Positions 50,001-62,134 of a DNA stretch of 64,000 bases are shown here, piece after piece. Position numbers and translations under genes: made by a program. The notes beneath the pieces are model-generated. The model worked only from the letters and a program-made list of their open reading frames with translations. It did not search any database and was not told where the DNA came from. Numbering within the stretch: the first letter of the stretch is position 1; each line of letters begins with the position of its first letter. Source of the DNA: Raillietiella orientalis (Eukaryota); NCBI GenBank assembly GCA_036172245.1, contig JAYWIR010000019.1:868001-932000 (forward strand). The letters are read 5' to 3'.

Positions 50001-53000
50001 CCTCCTGGTGTGGCCATCCGATCACAAGGGGTTTCCGCGGGGACTGAGGCGCGGCCGAAGAGACGCGCGCTGACCTTCCCGGAGGACGCCTGCCCTTCCG
50101 GGACACAGGCGCGCACCCGCATCCCCCAGTAGTTTGATCGCTCGCTCGCGCGGAAGCGAACACTTTCAGGGGGATGGGGTGCTCCCCTTCCCCCGAGTGC
50201 GTCCGAGCTCAATCGGCCAGGAGAGCTGCTCCGCTCACGCGAGCAGACGAGGGCGGAGGAACGCCGTCCACGATGGACGACGTCGCCTGACGATTGTCCT
50301 CCGGGAATCATTTTTCATCCTGCCTCCTTGATCCCTCTGCGCCCCATTTGCTGATTGCACGGGGAAGGACCGCCGCGATCCGGCATCTCTCCACTCTCCT
50401 GCGTCCCGGAAGAGCGGGAAGTGGAACCGGAGGGCCGGGAGCATCCTAAGAGGCTTCTCTCGCTCGCTCGCCTCCGAGGATCCCCGGCGGCTGTGGGAGC
50501 AGCAGCGTCAAGCAGTCCGGCAACTAAGCGCGCGAGGCCCACGACTGCATTCCGGCGGAGGAGGAGCTGCCTCCCCGGTCTTCTCAGCAGTTGGACCGGG
50601 ACCGGACCCCGGAGGCGCCGCTCCCCTCCGGAGCCCCAGACGAACCCTCCAGGCGCCCTCGCGTGACGCAGCGTCCGCAACGCCACCTCCCGTATGGCGA
50701 GGAACGCACGCGGAAGGAGCTCACCCCCTTCCCTACACGCGAAGCCGGGGCGACTCCAACAGCTTCGCGTGCAGGCAAGAAGAGGCAGAGGCGCTTGGGT
50801 TCCACCCCAGAGAGGGCCGCGGCGCCCTGACCAACGCTCTCCTCTTTCAGAGCGACTCCTGCACCGCCGAGAATGAGGACAGCAGGACCCACAACTTCGT
50901 TTTCTCGCTGAAGAACCAGTCGGGGTGCCTGGCGAGGGCCCTGCGCACCTTCGAGGTAAGTGGACGACGACACCCACCTTCCCCTCCTGCCGCAAGAGGA
51001 AGCGCGGGAAAGTGGGGAGGGGGCAAGGGAAGGACGCGTCAGCGCGGTGCTGGGAGCAGCTCCGACCTGGGGTCAAGGGTGGAAAAAGCATCCCGGGCCT
51101 CCGAGGACCCTCCCCGTTACACGAGCGCCGCGGGAAGAGCGGCGCTCACCCAGCTGCCATTTCGCGGGGAGGCCTCGAACCCAACACGACCTCCGCGAGA
51201 GGGTCTACGAGGTTCCACCCCATGCGAAGGGGCAGTCGGGTGGTCCGAGACGAGGAAGAAAAAAATTCTGTCTGGAGGAATCTCCCCGGGCCTCACAGAG
51301 AGGAAGCGGTTACACGGACTGCACGATCGGAGCCTCTTCCGTTCCTAATCCCCTTCCTCCACTTCTCCCTTTCCCCACAGCCCCAGGGCCGAGATGCGCT
51401 CGCAAAGAGGGGAGGGGCTGAGCTCTCGGAAGCGAACGGAACTGACACGGGCCCTCCCTCGGGCACGCGCTTTGCTGAGCTCCGCCCCCTCCCCCTCCCT
51501 CCACGCCATCATCGTCCCCGCCACCACGACCACCGTTGCCATCACCATCAGCTGCACCACCAACACAGTCATCGTCACTGTTATCAACACGCCATAGCCA
51601 TCATCAGCGCCACTACCATCATCATTACCATCGTCGAGCTCAGCCCCTCCCCTCTCGAACGTGCACCTCGGCCCTGGGGCCGTGAGAAAAGGGAGAAGGG
51701 GAGGTTAGGAGCGAAAGAAGCACCGATCGTCATTGTCGTCATCACCTCCACAAATCTCATCTTCACCATTGTCGTCATCAGCGCAGCTACCATCATTACC
51801 CTCACCATCCTCGTCCTCTCCCCACAGCCCCCATCTGCCACCCAAGAAGAGGAATGGAGAGGCTGCCCTCCCCGTTCCCCCTCGAAGGGCGATCGCGACC
51901 CAGTGCGGAATCCCACTCCAGGAAGGGGGGAGCCACATCGATCGGATCGCGCTGGGTCCGGCGCGCTCCACCGTTCTCCTCGTCCCTCCTCTCTCGAACC
52001 CTCCACTCCCTCGCTCTCTCCTCGGGAACTGGGAGGGGGAGGTGAGGAGATCCCGGCGGTTCCCCTTCCGGACCTCTCTGAGGCCCCAGGAGAGCCCGCG
52101 CGTCAGGGCGCGTCCCGCCACGCAACTTCCCAGAACGAGCCCCTCCTGCCCCCCTACCTCCCTTCGTCCCCTTCCTTCCGTCTTGGCCGTGCGACCCGTG
52201 AGCTCTCCTCCCCCCCGATGGGCTGGAAGGACATGCAGCGGCGGTGGTGATTTGCTTCTCCCCCCCACCCCCTCACTTCTCACGGTCGCGCGGCGTATTC
52301 CAGATGAAGGGCATCCACGTGATTCACATCACGTCCAGAAAGTCCCTCAGGCGGGACTCGGAGTACGAGATTTTGGTGGACGTCGAGTGCGACAACGACA
52401 CCATGCTGGAGGTGACCCGCATCCTGGAGCGCGAGGCCTCGGCCCAGGAGTCCGCCTGTCTGCCGGATCCCGTGGACTCCGCTGATGGTGAGCGAGGAGG
52501 GCTCTGGGGAGGGGAGGGGACGAGGAAGAGCACGAGCTTCCGTCGGTGGAAAGGCCCGTCTCCAGGGTGGAGGGGGGCTCAGCCCCTGGTCCCCACTCAA
52601 CGCTCTCCTTTCCTCCCGAGGAGACGGCGAGACGATGCCATGGTTCCCGAAGAGGATTGCCGACCTGGACTTCGCCTCCCATAATGTGCTCATGTACGGA
52701 TCAGACCTAGACGCGGACCATCCGGTGAGCAGGGAGGGGTTCGCCTGGGGAAGACGGCCGCTGGAAGGGGGAGGGGGAGGAGAGGGGCAAGCAGCCACAT
52801 GGCCCCGTCCACCAGGGAGGCAGCCGTGATCTCTCCCTGAGACGAAAAGCCAACGGGCGTCCCCCGCGGCCCCCCCCCCTCTTTCGCGCGCGCCCCTGAT
52901 GAGAGAGCTGCTGGCAGCGGCAGGCACCACGGATGAGGATGTGCGCGAGGCGGCGACCATGCCAACTGCAGCTGCACCCCGTTGGTACCTCAGCCATCAG

Positions 53001-56000
53001 CGCCATCTATCGCCGCCACAGTCCACACACAACTCTCCCTGTCATTGCCACAGCCCACACAACTCTCTCTGCCTCTGACACCACCCACGCAATTCTCCCT
53101 GCCACTGCCATAATCTCTCCACAACTCCCTGCAAATGCCACTGTCACCGTCACTCTCCCTGCCTCTGAACCGTCGCGAGCGCCACCATCGCGGACGGCGG
53201 GTCGAGGGTTGGCGAGAATGCGCCGGGTAGGAGATGGCACGGGGGCAGCTCCAGCGGCGGCGCGCTTGGGCGAGGCGGTCTTTGCCTGGTCAGGGAAGCC
53301 GGGAGGCTCCTGGAACCCACGGGCGCTTTGCAGGGGTTTACCGACGAAAAGTACCGAAGGAGGAGGAAGTACTTCTCGGACCTGGCCTTTGGCTACAAGA
53401 CGTGAGTTGTGGCGATGCTGTGGGGGCGGTGCTCACGGGTGGATCCCTTGCTTGCTTCCAGCGGAGATCCTATTCCCCGACCGGAGTACACGGAGTCGGA
53501 GGTCAAGACATGGTAAGGCGGGGAGGCTCCCAGCTCAGACCGCGGTCCCCATCGCCTCTTTCCACAGGTCGGTGGTTCTGAGGGAGCTGCTGCGGTTGTA
53601 CCCCACGCACGCCTGCAGGGAGTATCTGGAGTGCTGGCCGGAGCTGGTCAAGTACTGCGGTTACCGGTATGGGGGTGGGCGGCGGCCGCGCAGGAGGCTC
53701 CCTCCATCGCTTGTTCTCTTCGATCTTCCAGGGAGAACAACATCCCGCAGCTGGCCGACATCACCGAGTATCTGAAATGTGAGTGGGCGAGCGAAGGCGG
53801 GTGGGAGGCGGGGAGAGCGACTGGGAGGAAAAATCCATGGAAACGGACGTTCCCTGCGTTCCAGGCAAGACAGGATTCGTGCTGCGCCCGGTGGCCGGGT
53901 ACCTCTCTCCGAGGGACTTCCTGTCCGGGCTGGCCTTCCGCGTCTTCTACTGCACTCAGTACATCCGGCACCCGTCCAACCCACTGTACACCCCGGAGCC
54001 GTGAGTTGACCCGTCCTCCCTTGACCTCAAACAGCATGTGCACACACACACCGATCCCTACCGTCCTGGCTGCTCTCTGTCGCGAACTGCCCCCCGCCTC
54101 GGAAGAGGGAAAGGGACCGGAGCAGCCTCTCGCGACCTCGTGCGCAACGAGGAAGGATGCTCGCGCTCTCCATCTGAGGAGCTCTTGCAGAACCATCCCG
54201 GCCCTTGAGCTGTCGAGAGCTGCAGGCGGGAGTGTCACTCGTTCGTAGTGCTCCCGGACTGAGCCTCGAAGGTTCCACGCACCACATATAGGAGCCCTAG
54301 ACCTGCGGGACCCTCCCTCAGGAGCGTGCGAGTCACCCCTCACCTCCCCTCCCGACGTTCTTATCTTGACCCAGAAGGGGCCAGCCTCATGACCTCTTCG
54401 CCTTCCCTCTTATTGTCCTCGGCCGGAATCGCCCTGCGGTGGTTCCAGACTCCATCGCTTGAGCACCGCAGTGGCAGAGAGGAGGGAAGGGAGGAGTCAC
54501 GTTTCCGTGGGTTTGCTTCGGCCCCTGGTAAGGGGTCTGCGCGAGCAGGCATGGCTGCTGCGATGGTAGAGGAGATGCCCCGACGTGCGGCAGTGCCCCC
54601 AGGGGGGGACCCCGAACCCTCTCCGCAAGGCGAACAGATCCACAGAGCCTCCTCTCTTCCAGGGACTGCTGCCACGAGCTGCTGGGTCACGTGCCCATGC
54701 TGGCTTGCCCCAGCTTCGCCCAGTTCTCCCAGGAAATCGGCCTGGCATCCTTGGGGACGACCGACGAGGTCATCAACAAGCTGGCAACGGTAACGGCGCT
54801 CCTCGCGTGGGTGGACCTCGTTGGTCCGGAAGGCGAAGGCAGAGAGCACATCAAGAGGAAGGGGAGAGGAATGGGAGGGAAGAGAGAAGGAATCTTCCAA
54901 GAGGAGAGGAGGGAGGAAGGAGAGAAGGAAAGTGGAAGAGAAAAGGAAGGAAGGAGGAGTAGGAAGGGAGGGAAAAGGAGGAGGAGGAAGAATAGGAACA
55001 AGGAAGGAGTGAGAAGGGAAGAGGAGTAGGCGGAGGAAGAAGGAGGAGGAGGAGAAGGAGACAAGGAAGGTTGAAGATGGGAACGGAGAAGGAAAAAGGA
55101 GGAAGGGATTAGAGAGGAGTGCAGGGAGGTTTCCGGGAGACGGTGTTCGCTGTCACTGAGCCTCGTTGGTCCATCTCTCTGTCCGGGCTGCTAAGTACCG
55201 CTCTCCTATCTGGAGTGCCCCTCCTGGCGGATGAAGAAACTTCCAGGGTGGACAGCGCTGCAAGGCCCCTCCCTTCTGTTGCCCCTTGGGGACGGCTCCT
55301 CCATCAACCTTCCCACTGAGTAGCCTCCTCCTCTCCATCACGGTGCGGGGACTGCGGGGTGAGCTTAGGGCGTGACAGATCTTCTGGGACGGACGTCTTT
55401 AAGAGAGGGGGGAGAGGGCCACTCGGTGATCACTCGGGTGTCTCTCGGACGACTGCAGCGCAATGTGTTGGTCCTGTGATGGTCCTCCTGTGTCGGTCCT
55501 TCATCCAGGGGACTCCCTGCCACCCCCCTTTACTCCCTCTGCGGAGAAGGAACGGGGTGCGTGGAGGCAGTCCACGGGGCACCGGCGGAATCCATCTGCC
55601 CGGCGCATTCTCGCCTCCCCTTAGTGTTCCTAGGTGTTGGTCCGCGGCGCGTGAGGAGAATGCTCTCCTCCAGCATCCCTGCTCCTCCTCCCTGGCTGAT
55701 TCCCGCTTTTTCCTATTCCCCAGCTGTACTTCTTCAGCGTGGAGTTCGGGCTGTGCAGGCAGCAGGGGCAGCTGAAGGTCTACGGCGCCGGCCTGCTGTC
55801 CAGCATCGCCGAGTTGCGTCACGCCCTCTCGGACAAGGCCGTAGTCAAGCCCTTCGGCGTGGACGAGGTCTTCCGCGAGGAGTGCCTCATCACTACCTTC
55901 CAGAACTGCTACTTCTACACCGACTCTTTTGAGGAGGCCAAGCAGCAGCTCCGGTGAGCGCCTGGGGTCCTCAACCGTGAGGGCGGGTCGGTTCCTGGCG

Positions 56001-57227
56001 GAAGCATCGCCTGGGGTGCAGCGGCGTCAGGGAGCGGCCCTGGCAGCGCCAGATATCTCAGCAGGGAGAGGGCGCGACCGACTCCTCCTCCGCATCTCGA
56101 AACCACGGGTGCTGCCGCCGTTCCGGGAAGAAGGCGGAAGAGGGAAGGCAATCTCTTCGTTCCACCTCAACCGTTGGGGGATTCCGGTCCTGAGGGCAAC
56201 GCCGCGCGGTGGACCAGCATGCCAGCTAGCAGGCAGGAGAGAGAGGAAAGCGAGAGAACCGCAGGAATGGTAAGACGTGCCAACTTCTCTCGACCCAGTG
56301 GTCCAGGGAAGCTGCTAGCGGATGCCGTCTCTGCAGGGACCGCTGCAGACTACGAGGAGGATGGGAGGAATAGGGAAAGGAAGGAAGGAATGAAAAAAGA
56401 GGGAAGAGGAATGGAGGAGGAGGGAAGGGAGGAATGAAAGAAGAGGAATGGGGGAAGAAATTGAGTGGAAGACGAAGGGAAAATGAGGAACTGAGGAAGG
56501 AAGCAGGAAGGGAGCAAGATGGAAGAGAAGGAAGGGAAGAGGAGAAGAAGGAAGAAAGAAATGAAAGACGGGGAAGGAGAGAAGAGAATGAGTAGAAGAC
56601 GAAAGGAGAAGGAGGATGGCAGGAAAGGAGAAGTAGGTAGGCGAAACAGGAGGGGAAGGAAGGGGGGGAAGGAAGTGGGCGAATGAAAAAGATGGGAGGA
56701 TGAAGGGGAGAGGAAGAAAGGGAGGTGAGGAGAGGAATGGAAGAGGAAAAAGGAAGGAAGACGAAGGGAAAAGGAGGAGGAAAAAAGGAATAGGGAGGGG
56801 GGGACGAGGAAGTAAAGGAATGGAAGAAGGGGATGGGAAGAGGAGGAGGAGGAACAGGGTAGGGAGCGGATTGCCGGCTGACGGAGTGCGCGAGCCACCG
56901 TGAACAGCAGACATGGGCGCGCCTTTCCCTGCCCCCTCCTTGCTTTCCAGGATGTTCGCCGCGAGCATCACGAGGCCCTTTATGGTGCGCTACAACCCTT
57001 ACACGCAATACGTGGAGATCCTCAGCAAGCCTGAGAAGCTGGCGGGGCTGCTCAGCGACCTCCGCGGCGACCTTTTCGTCATCCGGAATGCACTCAAGAA
57101 GATCAAGGAGCAGGACCGCAACACGGACCTGGAAGACATCAAGGTGATGCTGCATCGCCTCAGCCACGAGAAGAGCATCGACGAGGGCGACATCGATAAG
57201 ATTCTTCACGAGATCAGGGAGCTGTGA
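47067..57227 (+). CDS. TPH: Tryptophan 5-hydroxylase (neuronal Trh type)
   Basis: Twelve phase-compatible exons: 47067-47159, 50851-50955, 52304-52487, 52621-52724, 53334-53401, 53462-53512, ~53568-53666, ~53733-53778, 53865-54000, 54663-54789, 55724-55953, 56951-57227. Features include the N-terminus [14 protein letters not shown] (insect Trh-like), an ACT domain, [58 protein letters not shown] and VEFGLC...YGAGLLSS. Confidence 0.95.
47560..48480 (-). mobile_element. Possible decayed LINE endonuclease/linker fragment in TPH intron 1
   Basis: NDGKNFLL...KFT...SQDIVLT followed by a basic, helical-looking linker. Confidence 0.3.
49100..50040 (+). mobile_element. Possible decayed LINE APE endonuclease fragment in TPH intron 1, split by a polypyrimidine tract
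   Basis: EEVQARL..TG...VVCCLP, EASHAW (~NAxHxxW) and PSDH motifs in EN order. Confidence 0.35.
49537..49672. repeat. Polypyrimidine (TCC/TTCC) tract
   Basis: Read directly from the sequence. Confidence 0.9.
51323..51730. repeat. Imperfect inverted repeat with arms of about 100 bp (51323-51425 / 51636-51730) in TPH intron 2
   Basis: Perfect blocks of 20 bp (51406-51425/51636-51655), 14 bp (51380-51393/51667-51680) and 8 bp (51323-51330/51723-51730), all in register. Confidence 0.93.
53023..53168. repeat. Degenerate 30-bp minisatellite, about 5 copies, in TPH intron 4
   Basis: Period-30 units of the type cccacacaactctccctgcctctgccacca. Confidence 0.8.
54835..55120. repeat. Polypurine tract in TPH intron 10
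   Basis: Read directly from the sequence. Confidence 0.9.
56355..56865. repeat. Polypurine tract of about 500 bp in the last TPH intron
   Basis: Read directly from the sequence. Confidence 0.9.
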
Positions 57228-57646
57228 GCGCGCGCTTGGGAGAGGGGGAGGAGGCGCTGGTGGCGGCCACAGGGGACCTCAGTGGGCCGTCCCTTCCTCC
57301 CCCATGCCCCTGCCCCATCCACATCTCTCCGCAACCCCTGCGTCTCGCCCAGCATCTGTACCAAAGGCTTTCGATCTAGGAATTAGTAGTTTTTTTTCCC
57401 GCTCTCCCTCTTTCTTTCTGGTATTTGGAAGGGAAGAGGGAAGTCTGAAGAGGCTACTGCACCCGGCCCGGGATCATTCCCGGAGACCAACTTCCGACTC
57501 CCCTCCAGCAGGGAAGTGCGCGCCATCTCCTGCCTTCCCGATCTGCCTCCCTCAAGAAACCTCTTCTCTCATTGGAACCACTCTGGGGGGGGGGGGGAAC
57601 TGAAGCAGCCGCGCCCACACCCTCCATCTTCATTCGCCTCCTCTTT

Positions 57647-57677
<31 letters not shown>

Positions 57678-58915
57678 ATCTTCCCACCTCCGCCGACAGA
57701 GACTGTTGAAGGGAAGATCTCACAGTAATGTTGGGGACACCTCGATGCTGCTCTTTCCAGGGTGGATCTATTTTCTTCATCAGCACACTAGATCCTATGG
57801 AACGCTACCTCTGCTCCCGTTCTTTCTGAGCTGCTGAAAAACCTCTGTCCCTAAGCGCAGCACACAGATTTCATTGCTCTCCTGGTGGTCTTTAACATCA
57901 TTTGTCTTCTTCCTCAATGTCAAGGATTTCTTTCTCTCTTTTCCTTTTTTCTTCTTTCTTTTTTCTTAAAAAAATTCGCAATTACGTGAGGAAGGGAGGA
58001 GAAAGAGTTTCCTGCAGCTTGGACCGCTTTTTCGGCCGTTGAGTCCTTGTGAACCAAGAACTCATCATCCTTGTCACGAAGGTCTCATCCTTTCCCCTTG
58101 ATTTCTCCCTGCCTTTTTTATTTGTGGCCTTACTTATTCCATCCCATCCTTCTAAGTTTCTGCGTTTGTTCTGCGTTTTCTTCTAGTATTACTCAGCTCT
58201 TCTACCGGTCGCTTCGTTTGACATGACATTCATGGAGTGCTTATAAGTGCCTAGAAGGTAGGAGGAGACATAAGAAATGATTGCTTCTCACAGAAAATGA
58301 TTGTGCTCTTCGGCCACAGTTACCTAAAACTATTGGCTCTATAACGTGAATCTCAACTTCCCTTGAATTAGTTTCTTAGGGTTATATCCATCAGAACCAG
58401 ATCACCTTGGTCCGTTCCTTTAATCCACCATTTCGTTTAGAGCTCTCCCAATGTTCCTTGCTTGGCTATTCCTACTTTTATAATATCTTTTCTGATTCAC
58501 AAACAGCAGCACCCTAGCAAATTTCAGGCTGATTTCCTAGTCTCGATATAAGTGACTACGTTTGATTCGTTCAAGATGGGCAAGCAGCGTCCAGAGGGAT
58601 CACCAGCTGTTCGCTTCGCAACACACGGTCAGGATGGAGGTGGAATGTGCTCCGGAGATCGGTTCAATATCACTCGTCTCATATTTTAAGGAGTTTAAAA
58701 CATTTTCTCGACAATGAGAAATGAACTATACTAGCAAACAACATGAGTCTCTTGCACGTGCGAGTAAATAAGTCTTTTCCAAGTCCTAAGGATAAACAAG
58801 ATTCAATGTGATGTACCGTTCATGATTTTCTCTCTCTCTCTCTCTCTTTTTAAAAATGCGCTGGTGACTGGTACCGCTGGATTTCCCCGAATGCCGGAAG
58901 GTTTCGCATGAAAGG

Positions 58916-58963
58916 CTGTGACGAACCCTAAACTGAAAACTGTGACGAACCCTGAACTAAAAA
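58916..58963. repeat. 24-bp tandem duplication
   Basis: ctgtgacgaaccctaaactgaaaa / ctgtgacgaaccctgaactaaaaa. Confidence 0.85.
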
Positions 58964-60469
58964 TTCCGAAATCTGTTGGAACGAGCATTTTTGAGCGACA
59001 AACTTGAAAGAAATAAAGTCCCTTCTTGGGATACCCGAAAAGGAACTTTCAAGAAATCACTATCCCCTTGAAAACAAAGCGTACATCCCTTTTAGAATTT
59101 TCCCATTGTTTCTCAAAACAAAGATTAGCAGCATTCATGCGAGCAGCATAAGGTTGGATATTTGTCCCCCAAATGTAACACTGCGCAATCATCTGCTTGC
59201 TCCTCCACAGCATATGGACCAGTTCTGGCAAGATGGCTGAGATAACGAACCCACGGGTACAGTGGAAAACTATTCATCAGTGATGCACTTTCACACTAAC
59301 CTACATTCAAATTCTGTGGTCATCTAAAACCAAGAATTCATTTTCTTCTTTTCCTTTGTTTTTTTTCGTTTTTTTTTACATTTGCAAATCTCTGCAATAT
59401 TTTGCAAGCAGTTGTGAAAACCTGGAATTTTAATATAAACTGCATTGCCATTCTCTCGGCTATTGGCTCAAATTAATTGCTGCAGAGTACCTGGCTAGTT
59501 TGACGCCACTTATTTTTGGTTAATGGACTACATTCTAATTTGATGGCCAGTGCAAGCAAGTGGCATTAATTTAGTAGCAATTAATGGCATAAAAAAATTT
59601 CAATTCATCTAAACAAAATTTTGGGTATACCAAGCTTTTCATCCAAAACAATCTACAGCCACTAATGCTTCAGTTTTAAGCAACAGTTTCCGCCAAATTT
59701 ACTGCTCTTCCTTAAGTTTCCCTTAATAGCTTGACTGAAATGAATACGATGCTGAATTGCTATGCACGAATCAGTGCCCCTTTTGTCATTTGGTTCACCA
59801 CATGTGGTACTAACATTCACCTCATCTTTCAAACCAGGTTCTCCAGCATGATGCAGCTTGCTACTTCCATTTCTTAACTGAATGCAACAAATTAATCCTT
59901 TTATCAAAATGAGTATGCAAATAGTTTTCTTTATTAAAATATGCCACAGTATTATGATTTCCATTATTTGCCATGATATGATTAAGCTCTTAAAAAATTG
60001 TATTACCACAACCACAGAGAATTAGCAATAACATAATTCTAAATATAAGCACTAAAACATCAGTGCCTTTCATTGATGTATAAAGTGTTCACCACGTCAA
60101 ACTAAGTCAGGTACCAATCTAGAATATACATGTGCAGTTTCTTTGGGTGAACTGTTCCCATGATTAAAAACCACCAAATTGGGGGTTCATAGTACCAGCT
60201 GCCTACAAGTGCAGAATTGAATTGTTTTTTGATATACATTTCTTCTCACTAGGAAAGTACTGTCTAATCCACTTATGTGAACATTTCAACAAGGTATTTG
60301 CTTTATATCACAGCATTTCAGCAAGATTGCACATATTTGTATCCAATAGATATACAGTGATGATAAATTTCTTATCCTGAGATTTAAAATTGTAACTTGA
60401 GCATACAAAATTCATTCTACATTATAATGAGTATTGAACATTCCTGTTAGCATCTCAAATTCAGAGTAA

Positions 60470-62134
60470 CTATAAAGGTACATGCTTGTATTCCTGTTCA
60501 TCAACAATCATGGGACCATCACTATCTCCATCTTCTTCACTCTGATCTACCTCTTCACTTCCACTAAGTTTTCCCAAGGCATTCATTGCATAATGACATT
60601 TGTTATCAATACAGTTCAAAAAGTCTTTGTACTCAGTAGCTGGAGCTTCGGTGGGAGGATACAAATCAAGAATGTGTTGCCTCCGAGGACCAGTTGGTAT
60701 ACCCAATTTCTTCATCTTTGCATATAAAGTTCTTGAAGGAATACCATGCTTCCGTGCTGCTGCAGGAGCACTGACTCCTGTTTTCACTTCCTTTATAGCT
60801 GCTTCCAAATCTGCATTGCCATAAAGTTTGTAGCGCTTCCATTCTGGTCGTAACTTGTTGCTTGAATCTACACAAACAAATGGCTAATCTTTTAATGCCA
60901 CTAACCCTTACCATTTAATTTATACACATTGTCCTCTTGGGGAGAACCTGCAGTTCTGTCCTGGGTATCCTAAAATAAACCATCTTTAATGCACAGTACT
61001 GCTTAGCATAGCAATCAAGTCAAGAAAATCAAAAGCCTTTTGAACTAAAACACATGATGATTCTGTCCCTTAGACATGCTTACAATCTGAATAATTTATA
61101 AGTTAGTTTAGTCATTACCCCAGTGCTCTGATAATCCTCCAGCTGGCTGTCATCCCTGCTTTCTGCTTTAATGAAAACCTGCAAAACACATCGGAAACAC
61201 TTAAAAGGCTTCCATTAGCAGAGACAACAACCAAGACTGTTTCTCTGCTTGCTCGAAGAAACAAGCTTCTTCACATATCCTTATCCTTACCTTTTCTTCT
61301 TCTTCTGAGGACACATGATCCAAAAAGGTATTATTCTGGGCTGGAAGTGACATTAAATGTCTTGGATTCTGTGCTCCACCTGAATCATGAGGATGATAAT
61401 GTTCTGACACTATGGCATCCTGCAACACAGTAGAACGTAGATGTGAAACTTCCTTGTTGGGCTGCAAGACTAACGGTACATTCGTGGTAACATTGTTGTT
61501 TAATTCTGTGATATTCAGGGAAGGAAAAACGCTGAACTGGGAATGCATTGTTGATAATCTCATGTCTTCTTTTGAGTTGAAATCTCGCTTATCCTGATCC
61601 AATCCACAATCTGCGTCTGAATATGAACAGAACATGCAGTATTTTTCAACTCCACAGGTACCCACTTATGAAAACAGGAGAACCCTGACTTGCATTTGTA
61701 TGTACAAATGATTTGAGGGAATTTTTTCTTTGCTTGTACATAAACTTCAGACTGGAAAGTTGAGACTTGGGATCTTTACAGTGTTCATCAACAAGGCCCT
61801 TAATCTTCAATGTGTCTGCCAATTTCAGAAGAGCTGTTAGTTCTTCCTGAACTACATTCACTTCACCCTTATACATGAATTCTAGAATAGTTCGCAATTC
61901 ACTAAATTTTATGTCTTTGAGAATGACTATAGGATGTTGAGAACCCACTTCCAGAAAAAGATTTTGGAAATATGAAGAACAGGCTGCCAGGACCATTTTA
62001 TGGCATTTGATTGAAGCACCATCGCATGCCAAAGTGACATCAGTAAATGCTTCAGACTGGAGTAACCGATCAAAAGTCAATTGCAAATTCGTATAGTGAT
62101 TGTTCCATTTTAGGCAATACTGCTGTGAATCCAT
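60470..62134 (-). CDS. Tramtrack-type BTB/POZ plus pipsqueak HTH transcription factor (ribbon/bab-like group)
   Basis: Five exons (~61666-62134, 61290-61616, 61119-61178, 60912-60969, 60470-~60867). They encode the QQYCLKWNNH...VTLAC...HKMVLAACSSYF...FMYKGEVNV BTB domain and the RPEWKRYKLY...AAIKEVKTGVSAPAAARKHGIPSRTLY psq motif. Confidence 0.92.

Noticed and set aside
58200..59260. Possible LINE RT remnants between TPH and BTB-psq
   Set aside because: Only isolated weak motifs (e.g. SGSDG) are present, which cannot be supported without a search.
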